A program made the position numbers and the translations under genes. From Microcoleus sp. (GTDB lineage: Bacteria > Cyanobacteriota > Cyanobacteriia > Cyanobacteriales > Microcoleaceae): DNA of 64,000 bases. The notes beneath the pieces were generated by a model. That model was not told where the DNA came from and did not search any database. It saw nothing but the letters and a program-made list of their open reading frames with translations. The stretch is taken from contig JAYFMW010000006.1 in the NCBI GenBank assembly GCA_042408215.1, positions 768,001-832,000 of the forward strand. Reading direction: 5' to 3'. Below are positions 9,425-19,940 of the stretch, piece by piece (position 1 is the stretch's first letter; the number at the start of each line of letters is the position of its first letter).

Positions 9425-11128
9425 TCAAAACGGATTGCTATGATAGTCCTTATCAAGGGAACCGTCATTTTCCGTTTTTGTGTCGTGACAGTGCTTATGT
9501 AGAAGTTGTAGGTTTTTATATTCATCCTTACCGCCTAGTGAGCGGGGTAGGATCTGGTCAACTTCTACAATGTCTGTAGGTGTGAAGTACAGACCGCAGT
9601 GGGTACATTTACCTTTTTGTGTCTTAAGTAGTGTTGCCACTCTTGTTGATGTTTCAGGGTATTCTCCACGTCTCTTGCTCCAATAAATCCAGTCACCGTC
9701 ATCAGGTGTTGAATTGCCCTTTACCTTTACGTGCCTTGTAATAGGCGTTGCTGAGTGTTGGGCTAGTTCTAAACCTTCTTGTGTGCTGAAACACCAATTT
9801 CTGTCGCCTACTGTTCGCCAGTATTTGTCTTTATTGATGCTACCTTTTCCCCGTCTACTAGCCCAGGCTCTTAATTTGTCGTAGGTAAGATGATCTATCT
9901 TACTAAAGATTTCCTTACTTACTACTGTTGAGTAATAGTTTGACCATCCCCTAATTATTGGATTTAGCCTACTTATTAAGGCATATTGGGGGGAGTGACT
10001 ATGGGTGTCTATTACCTTTTTGATTTGTAAGAGATGAGCTTTGGTTTTTGGTTGGGACGGGGTGATTAACGTTTTAAAACCTAGTGGTATTCCTTTTGTA
10101 TTATTGGTACTTCGGTAGTTTCCTACCTTGTATTGTTGTACAGGTCATCCTAAAAAATCAAACCCTACATTTCCGTTGTATTCGTTGAGGGTGTGGGTTA
10201 ATTTTGTTTTGCTTGGCTTTAATTCTAAGCCTAAATCACTTAACCAATCCGCAATTATCTTTTGACAGGCTATTACTACTTCGATGTCTTTGTGGATAAT
10301 CACAAAGTCATCTGCAGATCGGCTTAAACTAATTTCATTTCTTTGGTCTCTGCCATTTCCAACGAATTGTTTAACCCGTTCTTCCATTCCATGAAGGGCT
10401 ATGTTAGCCAAAAGTGGAGAAATTACTCCTCCTTGTGGCGTACCTTCTGTGGTCGGAAAAATTTCACCTTGGTCTAATACCCCACTTTTAAGCCACGATT
10501 TAATTTGTTTTCTTAATCGCGGATAGGTATTGATTTTGTCAAGTAATGCTTTGTGATTAATGCGGTCAAAGCATTTGGCAATATCAGCGTCTAGCACATA
10601 TTTAGCTTTTTGCTTGATACTGGTGAAAATAGCTTCTCTTGCATCGTGACACGACCTACCTGGTCTAAAACCATATGAGTTTGGCTCAAAGAGAGCTTCC
10701 CATTCTGGTTCAAGAGCTGCTTTAACAACTGCTTGTAAAGCGCGGTCGTACATAGTGGGTATGCCTAATGGTCTTGACTCATTGGTTCCTGGTTTTGGTA
10801 TCATTACCCGACGTGTCGGTTGTGATTTGCCAGTTGCTTTGAGTTGACTTACTAGCTCAAAGCGTTGCTTCGGAGACAATAATTTAATACCATCCACACC
10901 TGCTGTACGTTGGCCAGTATTATCTTGCGTGACCCGTCGTACCGCTAATACCTTATTAGACCATGAATTAATCAAGGTCTTCTGAAGCTTCCTCACTGCT
11001 TTTACATCGCCACGCTCACTTGATCGAGAGATACGTTTTTGCAACTTGAATGTCAATCTTTCGGCTTTTCGCCAATTAATTTGATTCCATTCCACCGTCG
11101 GGTTATCCCGCGTTTTAGACTTATTCAT
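9425..11128 (-). pseudogene. ltrA: Intron-encoded reverse transcriptase/maturase with C-terminal HNH, inactivated
   Basis: RPLGIP, YGFRPGRS, GTPQGG, FDFLG, LNPIIRGW, CTHC...HNH in one frame. TGA at 10145-10147, YADD reads SADD, and the HNH D-H reads D-Q. Confidence 0.9.
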
Positions 11129-11769
11129 TGCTAAAGACAGTCCCTATCCTTGAAGTTATCGTGTATCTGTCTGCATATCTCTGTCATTACAACAGAGCAT
11201 TCGCTTCTGATACAATCCCTCTCTCATATATTATTCGTTAGCTACTTACTGGGTAATCGACCTATTTCCAGAAATATGTGAGAGTTAATTCGTTCCAAAT
11301 ACACATTGATTGAGTTTTTAGTGTGATGCTATCCACCGGGTTTATGGGCGGTGCTTATAGGTCGAGTCTGGAATCGCCTATGCCCTATCCTTGCCTTTTG
11401 GCTTGGTCTTAACCAGTCCTTACCATGTTTTTCAACGGTTTTATACTTGATTCAGCCGTTAGACCATTACGGGTTACGATGGTTCTGACACATCTTCGCT
11501 TTCGCTACACATGAACTCTTGCTCGACAGTTACCAGTTTCGGCTACCAGTGGTCTGCCTTTTATCCCCGCTTTATCCTGTTGGTTGCTATACAACAAAAT
11601 AGGGGATAGGCTTTTACCGCTGCACTTGCGGATTGGGACTAAGAATTATCTGCACCCAAAAGCGTATTTAGTTGTTATGGCTTGAGAGCCATAGCTTGTA
11701 AAAGTATAGTCATTTATTACAGTGCCGTGGGAGGCATGAAGTCCCTCCCCTTTCTTTTTTACTTCGAGC

Positions 11770-12988
11770 GGATTGACCCTTCTAAAGCTGAACTACGCAG
11801 CTCTCTATCCCATTGCACAAGGCATTTGGGATTGCTTTTCGCATAATATTGTAAGACCCATTAACATCGGCATTAATTAATTGACCGCAGGATGTTTTGT
11901 ACAATCCTCTCTTAATTAGTTGGCCACTAAATACCTTTTTTTGGGTATCACTATTCCCATAAACAGGGATCGGGTCTAGATTTAGGAAACTGGATTGAGA
12001 AGTATATGATTATTCCTGCACCATCACTCTTATTCCAACCAATACAGCCTTATATTCCAACATCTCAATTAATCGAGCATGAGGAACAGTTACGAAGTTC
12101 TGATTAGTTTTTTTTCCCAAATTAATCTCGTTTTTCCATTGTACATTTTTCCCTATTACCAGAGTCCCAATCTTTCCTGAACTTAAAAGATTGATGATGG
12201 AACGACTAGAGGAGTGCAAGTAATTATCGATTTTTTGGTTTCTACAACGAGTCAAGCGCTGAATCCTACGCGATGTTTTGCGACTCTCTTTCAATCGAGA
12301 TTGTAGCTGCACGCTTATTGTAAAATTGATTAATTGATTTCAGTGGTCGCCCGTTAATCAATAAAGGGACAAATCCCGGCTGATTTGAAGTTAGCGCCAC
12401 TAAATTATTCAATCCTAAATCAATACTAGCTACTAATTCTTTCTGATTTTCATCAATGGTGGACTCCGGCTCATCATAAATTACCTCAATTACATAAGAA
12501 TCACACTTAGGAACTAACCTAACTTGACAAATTTGCTCTGGTTTTACCAGGGTCTTAATCAAGATATTAGTCCCGGACAGATGGATAATTCCTTTCTTTA
12601 GTTGCTTGCTACTAATCGCCTGAATCGTATAGACGAGAATATTCCGACCCTTAACTTGATCTTTGTACTTGGGCAACTTTGGGCTACCAGTAAATTTTGT
12701 TGGCTCAATATTGTAAGCTTTAACGGCTTCAAAAAAAGATTTCCAATTCTTGTCTAATATCATCAAGATTTGTTGACTTACCTTGGCTGGTAAGTCCTTG
12801 TATGCTTGATGAGACTTCATCAAACGGTTCATTTCGTTGTAATTGATATAACCCCATCCATAGACAAAACTCTGACGAATAACGTAGTTAGCGACGTTGT
12901 AGAGATTTTTGGATTTAAAGGCTAATGCGTCAATTTCAACAAAACGATTCTCGGTGGATTTAATGATATGCCTCTCTGCTACTTGCAT
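11770..12988 (-). pseudogene. tnpB: Second tnpB (zinc-finger-less, NADVNG type); frameshift near 12300 and stop at 12010
   Basis: MQVAERHII...SKNLYN...SIDLGLNNL...NGRPLKSINQ / E*SYTSQSSFL...INADVNGSYNIMRK. The 3' end coordinate is approximate. Confidence 0.85.
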
Positions 12989-13931
12989 TCAGACTCTCCA
13001 TTTTTTAACAATCGCAATAATTATCTCTGTTGAGCCTTCTGACTATATGATACTACCATTGCTTACTACTGCTTACAAACTTAACAATACTCCGGACAGT
13101 TTTTAAAGAGGAATGCGATCGCAATAAAATAGAGAAGTGAAAAAAGTGAGTGCAATCTCAACCCAAAATAAACAGAAAAAAAGGCACTCTTTTAGGTTAA
13201 GCTATAAAAACACAAAAGCTCAACAGATTGCATTAGGAAGATTATTGAATCCATCTTACAACAAATGCCGGGGATTAGTCAACCCCAAAAGAAGTTTTTA
13301 ATCACTTTATTTTCAACTATTTTGCTGGCCTATGGCAAGGTCAACTTCACGAATCTCAGTCGTTATAGCTGTTTGAGTGAAAAAACCTACCGTCGTCACT
13401 TTCTCAAAAGCTTTAACTTTCCACAATTTAATCAATATTTTCTCAAAGAAGCTTTAAACCCTGAACACACAATTATTGCTGTTATTGATTGTTCTTTTTT
13501 AAGAAAAAGCGGAAAACAAACTGATGGCAAGGCTTATTTTTATAATGGTGTAGCTGGTAAATCGGAACAGGGGTTGGAAATTTCTGTAATTTCTATTGTC
13601 GAAATTGAGACTCGTTTATCTTATATAGCAACCGCCTTGGCGGTTATGGTGTAAAGTGGAAGTAGTCTCTTATCCATTATGCTGTTTACCCGAGGGCACG
13701 ACTCATGCGAAAACCGTACAGTTATGACCTACGTCAGAAAGTCATTCAAGCTATCAAACTAGATGGCTTAAAGATTAGTGAAGCGAGTATACTATTCAGT
13801 ATCAGTTGCAACACAATCAGCTTATGGTTGAAGCGACAAACGGAAACAGGAGACTTTTTAGCATTACCGAATCAGCCTCGCGGTAACGGTCATAAAATTA
13901 CTGATTGGGAGAAGTTTCGTGAGTTTGTCAA

Positions 13932-15554
13932 TTGGAGTTTAGACTAAGCAGGTCAAAAAGTGTGATCGCTGTGAGACTAGCCAACAGTTCTCAAGAACGG
14001 CAATGGTCGCTGGCGACAAACTATCAGGCTCAACCATAAGATAGATGCCAGCGACCGTTGACGTTCTCGGAGACTTGCAACAGAAAAAAAACTGTCTGCG
14101 ATAGTTTCAACAGACAGCGTAAGGGTAGAAGATTGAAAATTCAGCTAAAAATCTCACATCTACCTGCCATGAAGTTTGAACAATTACGGGAATTTCGTCA
14201 ACAAGCTTATGAATGTCTCGGCAATGCCAAAGACGCCACCTTTGAACTAGCAGACGCGATAATGACGACTCGCCACGTCTCATGTTTAGGAGATTTAGCC
14301 CTCAATCCCTTATTTCGGCGTGAGTGGTCAAGCGTCTACGAAGCACTACAAGACTGTAGACCAGACCGAGACCAATTGATGCAACTATACATCCAACAGA
14401 TTTCAGAAGTAGAACGTCCAGTATTAGCGATGGATCATACGGCATGGTTGAGACCCCATGCACGTACCCTCAAAGAACGTACTTATGAACATCAACCCAC
14501 AGCCTTACCCGACGGTATACCTGTCGGCATCGGTCAGGGATATAGTACGATCGCACTGATACCTTCGATGAGCGGGAGTTGGGCGCTGCCCTTGAGACAC
14601 GAACGTATTACCAGTTGGGATAACCCAATCGGTAAAGGCGCTCAACAATTAGCACAAGTATGTGAATATCTTCAGCATAGACCGATCGCCTTATTTGATA
14701 GTGAGTATGGGTGCGCCCCTTTGGTTAAAGCCACCGCTGCGATCGCTGCTGATAAACTAATGCGTATTCGTTCTAATCGTTGCTTATGGTCAACACCCCC
14801 AGCCTATAGTGGTAGAGGACGGCCCAAAATTCACGGTCAACAGTTTAGGCTGAACGACTCTCAAAGCTGGTGGGAACCCGAACAAACTCTGGAATCTGTT
14901 GAACCCAAACTCGGAAAAATTCGGTTAAGAAAATGGGATGACTTGCATTTTCGAGGCCGTCCCAAACATCCAATGACCTTGATTTTAGTCGAACGTTTAG
15001 AAACTGTAACGGGTCGGTTAAATAGTCAACCTTTGTGGTTAGTATGGGTTGGTATCCAAATGCCATCTCTTAATGAAATTTGGCAACTATATCTACGTCG
15101 CTTTGCCCTCGAACATTGGTATCGGTTAGCTAAACAAACCTTACATTGGACTGTGCCGAAGCTAAGCACACCAGAACAGTGCGAACGATGGAGTGATTTG
15201 ATGCCATTAGTGACCTGGCAATTATGGTTAGCTAAAGATTTAGTCAAAGAAACTCGTCTACCCTGGCAAAAGTCTCTCTCTGAATTGACCCCGGTCAGGG
15301 TTGTACAATCAATGCTTCCACTTTTAATCAGGATTGGAAGTCCGGCTGTTGCTCCGAAACGGCGAGGAAATTCAGACGGATGGCAAACAGGAAAACCTCG
15401 CACTCCAAGATGTCGGTATCCTGTGGTCAAAAAGGGTAAAGGTCGGTTTCAACACTCGTCAAAATCGATTAGTTAACCTCTCTACCTCTGTCTAAACTCA
15501 CAAAATTTACACTCAACTTCTGCTGAGTGAATTTTTGCTTAGTCTAAACTCCAA
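13932..15554 (+). mobile_element. IS701-like insertion sequence, innermost and apparently intact
   Basis: TIRs TTGGAGTTTAGACTAAGCA; TSD TTGTCAA (or 5-bp TGTCA); removal restores IS630 EFVKTHGDKT. Confidence 0.92.
14169..15476 (+). CDS. DDE transposase (IS701-like)
   Basis: Uninterrupted ORF, likely start MKFEQL; motifs MDHT, FDSEYG, YLRRFALEHWYRLAKQ. Confidence 0.88.
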   Translation: MKFEQLREFRQQAYECLGNAKDATFELADAIMTTRHVSCLGDLALNPLFRREWSSVYEALQDCRPDRDQLMQLYIQQISEVERPVLAMDHTAWLRPHARTLKERTYEHQPTALPDGIPVGIGQGYSTIALIPSMSGSWALPLRHERITSWDNPIGKGAQQLAQVCEYLQHRPIALFDSEYGCAPLVKATAAIAADKLMRIRSNRCLWSTPPAYSGRGRPKIHGQQFRLNDSQSWWEPEQTLESVEPKLGKIRLRKWDDLHFRGRPKHPMTLILVERLETVTGRLNSQPLWLVWVGIQMPSLNEIWQLYLRRFALEHWYRLAKQTLHWTVPKLSTPEQCERWSDLMPLVTWQLWLAKDLVKETRLPWQKSLSELTPVRVVQSMLPLLIRIGSPAVAPKRRGNSDGWQTGKPRTPRCRYPVVKKGKGRFQHSSKSIS

Positions 15555-17208
15555 TTGTCAAGACTCATGGGGATAAAACTCAAGTTGAAATGGCCTCACT
15601 TTGGGATGGAGAAATTAGCGATCGCACAATCTCGCGGGCTTTGAAAAAAATTGGTTTTACTCGAAAAAAAAGACCTAGGGCTACCGGGCGCGGGCTGAAG
15701 TCAAAAGGCAGGCTTTTGTAACCGAATTGTCCACCATTCCCTCGGCTCAGATTGTCTATGTTGATGAATCTGGCATGGATAATAGAGACCAGTATGATTA
15801 TGGTTGGAACCCCGTCATGCCAACGGTTTCATGCACTCAAATCAGGGCGACGTGAGGATAGGGTAAATATGATTGCTGCTCTATGTAACCAAAAAATCCT
15901 CGCCCCTTTTACCTTTGTTGGAGCGTGTAATCGAACAGTTTTTGAAATTTGGCTAGAAACTTGTTTACTGCCAACACTTGTGACAGGACAGGTGGTAGTG
16001 ATGGATAATGCCACGTTTCATAAAGGTGGCAGAATTGAGGAATTAATTCAAAGTGTAGGGTGTAAATTGTTGTATTTACCGCCGTACTCCCCAGATTTGA
16101 ACAGAATTGAAAAATGCTGGTCGTGGCTCAAAAGTCGCATCCGCAAACAATTAGATCGGTTTGATTGTTTACGTGATGCGATCGAAGATCTTCTAGAGCT
16201 TGCATCCTAACCGCCAAGGCGGTTGCTATAGCTTAAGCGTACAACAAACTCCGTCACGCCCTCAAATAAAGCCCGTGAAAAAAATGCCCAAAAACCCGAA
16301 GAATAACCGCTCAAAAAAATCTCGCAAAAACCCGGACTCTCAAAGCTCAAAGCCTGACATCACAAGAGTTGATGACTATGCACAACATTTGAAGAATACT
16401 CGTTATTTTTGCCCCACTTCTGTACGTTATTTGGTGGCTGATGGCTATTACTATCGCTCTAAATTATGGGAGGCTGTGCGGGAGTTAAATTTAGACTTTA
16501 TTGGCAAGTTAAGAGTTGATGCTAACCTACGCTATCTCTATACAGGTGAACAAAATAGACTGGGAGCTCCTCGAAAATATGATGGTAAATTTGACTCTAA
16601 TGATTTGAGTCGTCTTAAATTTGTCAAAAATCTCAACCCGGGAGTTTCATTATATACATTGGTACTCTGGAGTTGTTGTTTAAATTGCCAGATTAGTTTG
16701 GCTTGTATTTCTGAGGTTCAAGCTAACGGTAAAATCAAAAATGCGTTATTGTTTAGCACTGATATTCACCTACTGCCTGAGCAAATTCTTGAATATTATC
16801 AGGCTCGTTTCCAGATTGAATTTATTTTTCGTGATGCCAAGCAATTTACGGGATTGTCTGATTGTCAAGCTCGTCATTTACCACGGCTTGATTTTCATTT
16901 TAATGCCAGTCTAATTGCCTTAAACTTAGCTAAACATGAACTCTCTATTTGTCATTCATCTGCCAAATCGTTTGTGTTTTCTATGGCTTATTATAAACGT
17001 CTCGAATTCAATCAGCATCTACTTTCTACCTTTATTGATAAGTTAGATTTAGACCCGGATTTGATTTTAAATCACCCTAACCTTCCTTCAGTCTTGTCTT
17101 ATGGTACTCTGGCTGCTTAAAAACTGTCCGGAGTATTGAACTTAATAAAGTTTTATAATACTAGCCGTCCCTAAGTATCACTACTCATTTAGGCTAAACG
17201 AATCGCAC

Positions 17209-17298
17209 CCAGACTACCCGAACACAACCAAACAACTGAGCTAAGCTCTGTTGTTGCTGGTCGGTTGGGTAGAAGCGGTACTGATACCTAGCTTTCAT
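17209..17298 (-). CDS. tnpB: tnpB exon 1 (30 codons)
   Basis: MKARYQYRFYPTDQQQQSLAQLFGCVRVVW, followed directly by the intron GTGCG. Confidence 0.9.
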
Positions 17299-17351
17299 AA
17301 TCTTTGTTTTGTACTATTGTATTAGTATACCAATATCTACAAGAATTTGCA

Positions 17352-17525
17352 ATGCCATTCAGAAAAAAACACAAACTAGGTTTTACCAGCAAAGATCCTT
17401 TAGACAGAAATCCTATCTGCTTTAAGGTTAGAGAAGGTGTGCGAAAAAAGCTGATGGCTATCCCTGACTGGCAGAAACTACTCAGAGAGTATGTAGATAG
17501 TCTGACAGAAGAAAAGCCGTCCTGA
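17352..17525 (+). CDS. Small putative ribbon-helix-helix-like protein inside the tnpB element, divergent from tnpB
   Basis: MPFRKKHK...PICFKVREGVRKKLMAIPDWQKLLREYVDSLTEEKPS; the stop codon lies in the left-end hairpin. Confidence 0.6.
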   Translation: MPFRKKHKLGFTSKDPLDRNPICFKVREGVRKKLMAIPDWQKLLREYVDSLTEEKPS

Positions 17526-17605
17526 AAGGACGGGGATTGAATCCCATTCTTTTGGTCAATTTTTGGGATAATAGAAATAGCACTCAACTTAGCTGAGGAA
17601 CAAAC

Positions 17606-18754
17606 GTGCTATCAAAAGGCTTTGAAGTAGAAATGTATACCGGCACACCACAAGGTGATGTGGTCGGTCTCTCCGATCGCATAGTCGCCGATTTAGAGGG
17701 ATTTGTGCGCGAGCCTGATAGTCGCAATGTGGAGTACACGACGGCCCCGCTGTGCAGCTACGATCGCCTGCTGTGCGCCCTAGTCAAGCCACGAGTCCGG
17801 CTGCGACAGTATTTAAAACAATTGGGCGACTATACCTTACTGCCGGGAAGTACCCTGTCTCTCGGAGGGAGCGATCGATTTTACCGCTCCGATCCCAACA
17901 ACCCCTACCACACCTACATCGAGCAAACCTACGGCACCAAAGTCGTCACCGCCAGCATTCACATCAACATCGGCATCTCCCAACCAGAACTGCTGATGCG
18001 GGCAATTCGCCTCGCCCGGGTCGAAGCACCCCTCTACCTTGCCTTGAGTGCCTCTTCCCCTTTCCTCGACGGCGAAGTCACCGGCTATCATTCCACCCGG
18101 TGGGGTTTGTTTCCCAAAACTCCAGCCATCGTCCCTCTGTTTGAAAGTCACAAGCATTACATCCAGTGGACTGAAGCACAGCTAGAACTCGGTACCATGC
18201 AAAATGTCCGCCACCTTTGGTCTGCCGTGCGCCCCAATGGCGATCGTCGCCCCTACTGTCTCAACCGCCTCGAACTGAGAATTTGTGACCTCGAAGTCAA
18301 TCCTCTTGCCCTGTTGGCCATTACTGCCTTGTTAGAAGCTCGCATTTGGCAGATGATGGAAGACCCCAGCTTAGACCCCTTAGAACTGTGCACCTTGCCC
18401 GCGGCTACCCGCAACGAAGACTTAGTTGCCCTCACCGATGCCAACGAAATTGCTGCATCCCGCCAAAGTTTGGATGCCGAACTCACGCACTGGCAAGATG
18501 GCAGAACTATTCTGGCACGAGATTGGATTGAGGAAATTTTTCAGCAAGTCTGGCCAATTGCCAAAAAACGTGGCTTTAGTTGCTTTCTGTCGCCGCTCAA
18601 AAAGATTCTTCGGGAAGGCAACACCGCCCAGCAGTGGTTGAAGCTGCATGAGGGCGGTTTGGACACCCGCAGTATTATTCTGCAAGGGATTAATGGGATG
18701 GCTCACCAGGAATGGGATCTCGAAGATAACTTGTGCGCCCAGTTAGTTGCTTGA
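17606..18754 (+). CDS. gshA: Glutamate--cysteine ligase, cyanobacterial type
   Basis: KGFEVEMYTG, REPDSRNVEY, SIHINIG, VRHLWSAVRPNG, NRLELRICD. Confidence 0.92.
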   Translation: MLSKGFEVEMYTGTPQGDVVGLSDRIVADLEGFVREPDSRNVEYTTAPLCSYDRLLCALVKPRVRLRQYLKQLGDYTLLPGSTLSLGGSDRFYRSDPNNPYHTYIEQTYGTKVVTASIHINIGISQPELLMRAIRLARVEAPLYLALSASSPFLDGEVTGYHSTRWGLFPKTPAIVPLFESHKHYIQWTEAQLELGTMQNVRHLWSAVRPNGDRRPYCLNRLELRICDLEVNPLALLAITALLEARIWQMMEDPSLDPLELCTLPAATRNEDLVALTDANEIAASRQSLDAELTHWQDGRTILARDWIEEIFQQVWPIAKKRGFSCFLSPLKKILREGNTAQQWLKLHEGGLDTRSIILQGINGMAHQEWDLEDNLCAQLVA

Positions 18755-19296
18755 AAGGAGCTAGACTAAATAGCCAAATACTTGTCTAAAGTTGCTCAGA
18801 GTTCTTCTGGCGTGATGATATTGACAGCGTTGTAATTTTCTGCTAATTTGACGCTCATGCCGAAACGATGAGGCAAAATATCTGGTTTGTAAACCGAGCG
18901 TCGATTCAAAACTGACCAGCCTGTAAAAAGGTCGAACGGGAGACCACGATTCGTTAAATAGGTGGAAAATACAGGTTGAACAATGGCTAAAAGCTTCAAC
19001 AGTTATACAACGTGATGCATAGGGTGGGCTACACCCGAATTTACGCCTGTGGACTGTAGGGACACGGCACTGCCGTGTCCGTACGGAGCCGACTCCCTTG
19101 GCAGAAGCAGGAAGCAGACCAAGAAAGAAACCACTTCTAGTTGAATGGTGAAGCTTGAATAAGTTTAGCCAAGTTTTGTATAGCAGCAATCAACACTTCG
19201 ACTACGCGAGCGTGACCGATCAGAATATTTAATCAATGGCACCCGACACAGGTGATAAATAAAAGCTATGAGTTATATCTACCTTTGGGTAGATAT

Positions 19297-19470
19297 ACAT
19301 AGCAACCCGATCGGTCATGTTTGACGTTTTTAATTGCTGAAACCATTGATTTTATTGCCCGATCGCATCTACTGCTGACCGCTCTCCTAGATAACTAAAG
19401 CCTTCTTCCTTCTTCCTTCTTCCTTCTTCCTTCTTCCTTCAACATCTTTCTTCTTCCTTCAACATCTTCT
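19297..19470. repeat. Dispersed repeat plus TTCCTTC heptamer tract; related copies near 20055-20190 and inverted at 23915-24025
   Basis: Shared core TTAATTGCTGAAACCATTG; (TTCCTTC)n. Confidence 0.7.
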
Positions 19471-19478
19471 ATAGCTTC

Positions 19479-19940
19479 ATGCCCCAACTTGTCTTGATTC
19501 ACCCCCAAATCCCCCCGAATACTGGTAATATCGCCCGCACTTGCGCTGCGACAGGTACTGAATTGCATTTAGTCGGGCCGCTGGGGTTTGAAATTAGCGA
19601 TCGCTACCTCAAACGGGCCGGTTTAGATTACTGGCCCTATGTCAACCTCCACTGTCACGAAGATTTAGCGGCTTTTTTGGCCTGTCAGCAGCAGCGGGGA
19701 GGGCGATCGATCGGATTCACCACTGGCGGGCGATGCAGTTACGCGAAATTCCAATTTCTTGCCACCGATTGGCTGATGTTTGGCTCCGAAACTGTCGGAA
19801 TTCCGCCATTGGTCTTAGATGCCTGCGATGCCACAGTTTTTATTCCCATGAGCCAGCCTGGTGTGCGGAGTTTAAACCTCTCTGTCAGCGCAGCTGTAGG
19901 TTTATTTGAGGCGAGGCGACAGTTGGGCGAGCTGGGATAA
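19479..19940 (+). CDS. trmL: tRNA (cytidine/uridine-34-2'-O)-methyltransferase
   Basis: PQIPPNTGNIARTC, LKRAGLDYW, FGSET, RSLNLS. Confidence 0.95.
   Translation: MPQLVLIHPQIPPNTGNIARTCAATGTELHLVGPLGFEISDRYLKRAGLDYWPYVNLHCHEDLAAFLACQQQRGGRSIGFTTGGRCSYAKFQFLATDWLMFGSETVGIPPLVLDACDATVFIPMSQPGVRSLNLSVSAAVGLFEARRQLGELG

Larger units (their letters stand above)
13626..16228 (+). mobile_element. IS630-family element, interrupted and degenerate
   Basis: TIRs TAGCAACCGCCTTGGCGGTTA, TA duplication; removal restores host RLSYSLSVQ. ORFs MRKPYSYDLR... and ...MDNATFH...LPPYSPDLNRIE. Confidence 0.92.
13085..17138 (+). mobile_element. IS4/IS701-superfamily DDE insertion sequence; transposase split into 13265-13625 and 16231-17120
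   Basis: TIRs CAATACTCCGGACAGTTTTTAA / TTAAAAACTGTCCGGAGTATTG; 7-bp TSD AACTTAA (13078-13084, 17139-17145); motifs IDCSF..KSGK, VADGYY, RFQIEFIFRDAKQ. Confidence 0.92.
11725..17169 (-). mobile_element. IS607-like tnpB-only element inserted at a GG inside intron domain I (boundaries inferred)
   Basis: Minus strand TTAGG|GACGGCTAG ... CCTCCCACGG|CACT. Removal restores an intron hairpin GCCTAA..AGTA-GTGA-TACT-TAGGC. Short direct repeats (GTAAGCA x2) lie in the left-end region. Confidence 0.6.
9316..17208 (-). mobile_element. Group II intron (IIB / chloroplast-like class) inserted in tnpB and inflated by nested IS elements
   Basis: 5' end GTGCGATTCG at 17208. Domain V GAGCGGAATGAGACGAAAGTTTCACGTTCCGTTC and domain VI ending GACTCTAAC at 9316. 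Removal joins ...RVVW|NDA... in frame. Confidence 0.93.
8207..17554 (-). mobile_element. IS200/IS605-family tnpB element without tnpA; outermost shell of the nest
   Basis: Minus strand left end TGAC|CAAAAGAATGGGATTCAATCCCCGTCCTTTCAGGACGGC at 17554; right end AGAATCACCGCTGCTTCAGCGGGGGTGAGTATGTCAA| at 8207. Confidence 0.85.

Noticed and set aside
9425..11128. RT as a retron, DGR or CRISPR-associated RT
   Set aside because: The maturase and HNH domains, domains V/VI and the GTGCG start identify a group II intron.
18761..19189. Minus-strand ORFs downstream of gshA
   Set aside because: They overlap a palindromic repeat and have no convincing motif; possibly a gene remnant, but not assignable.
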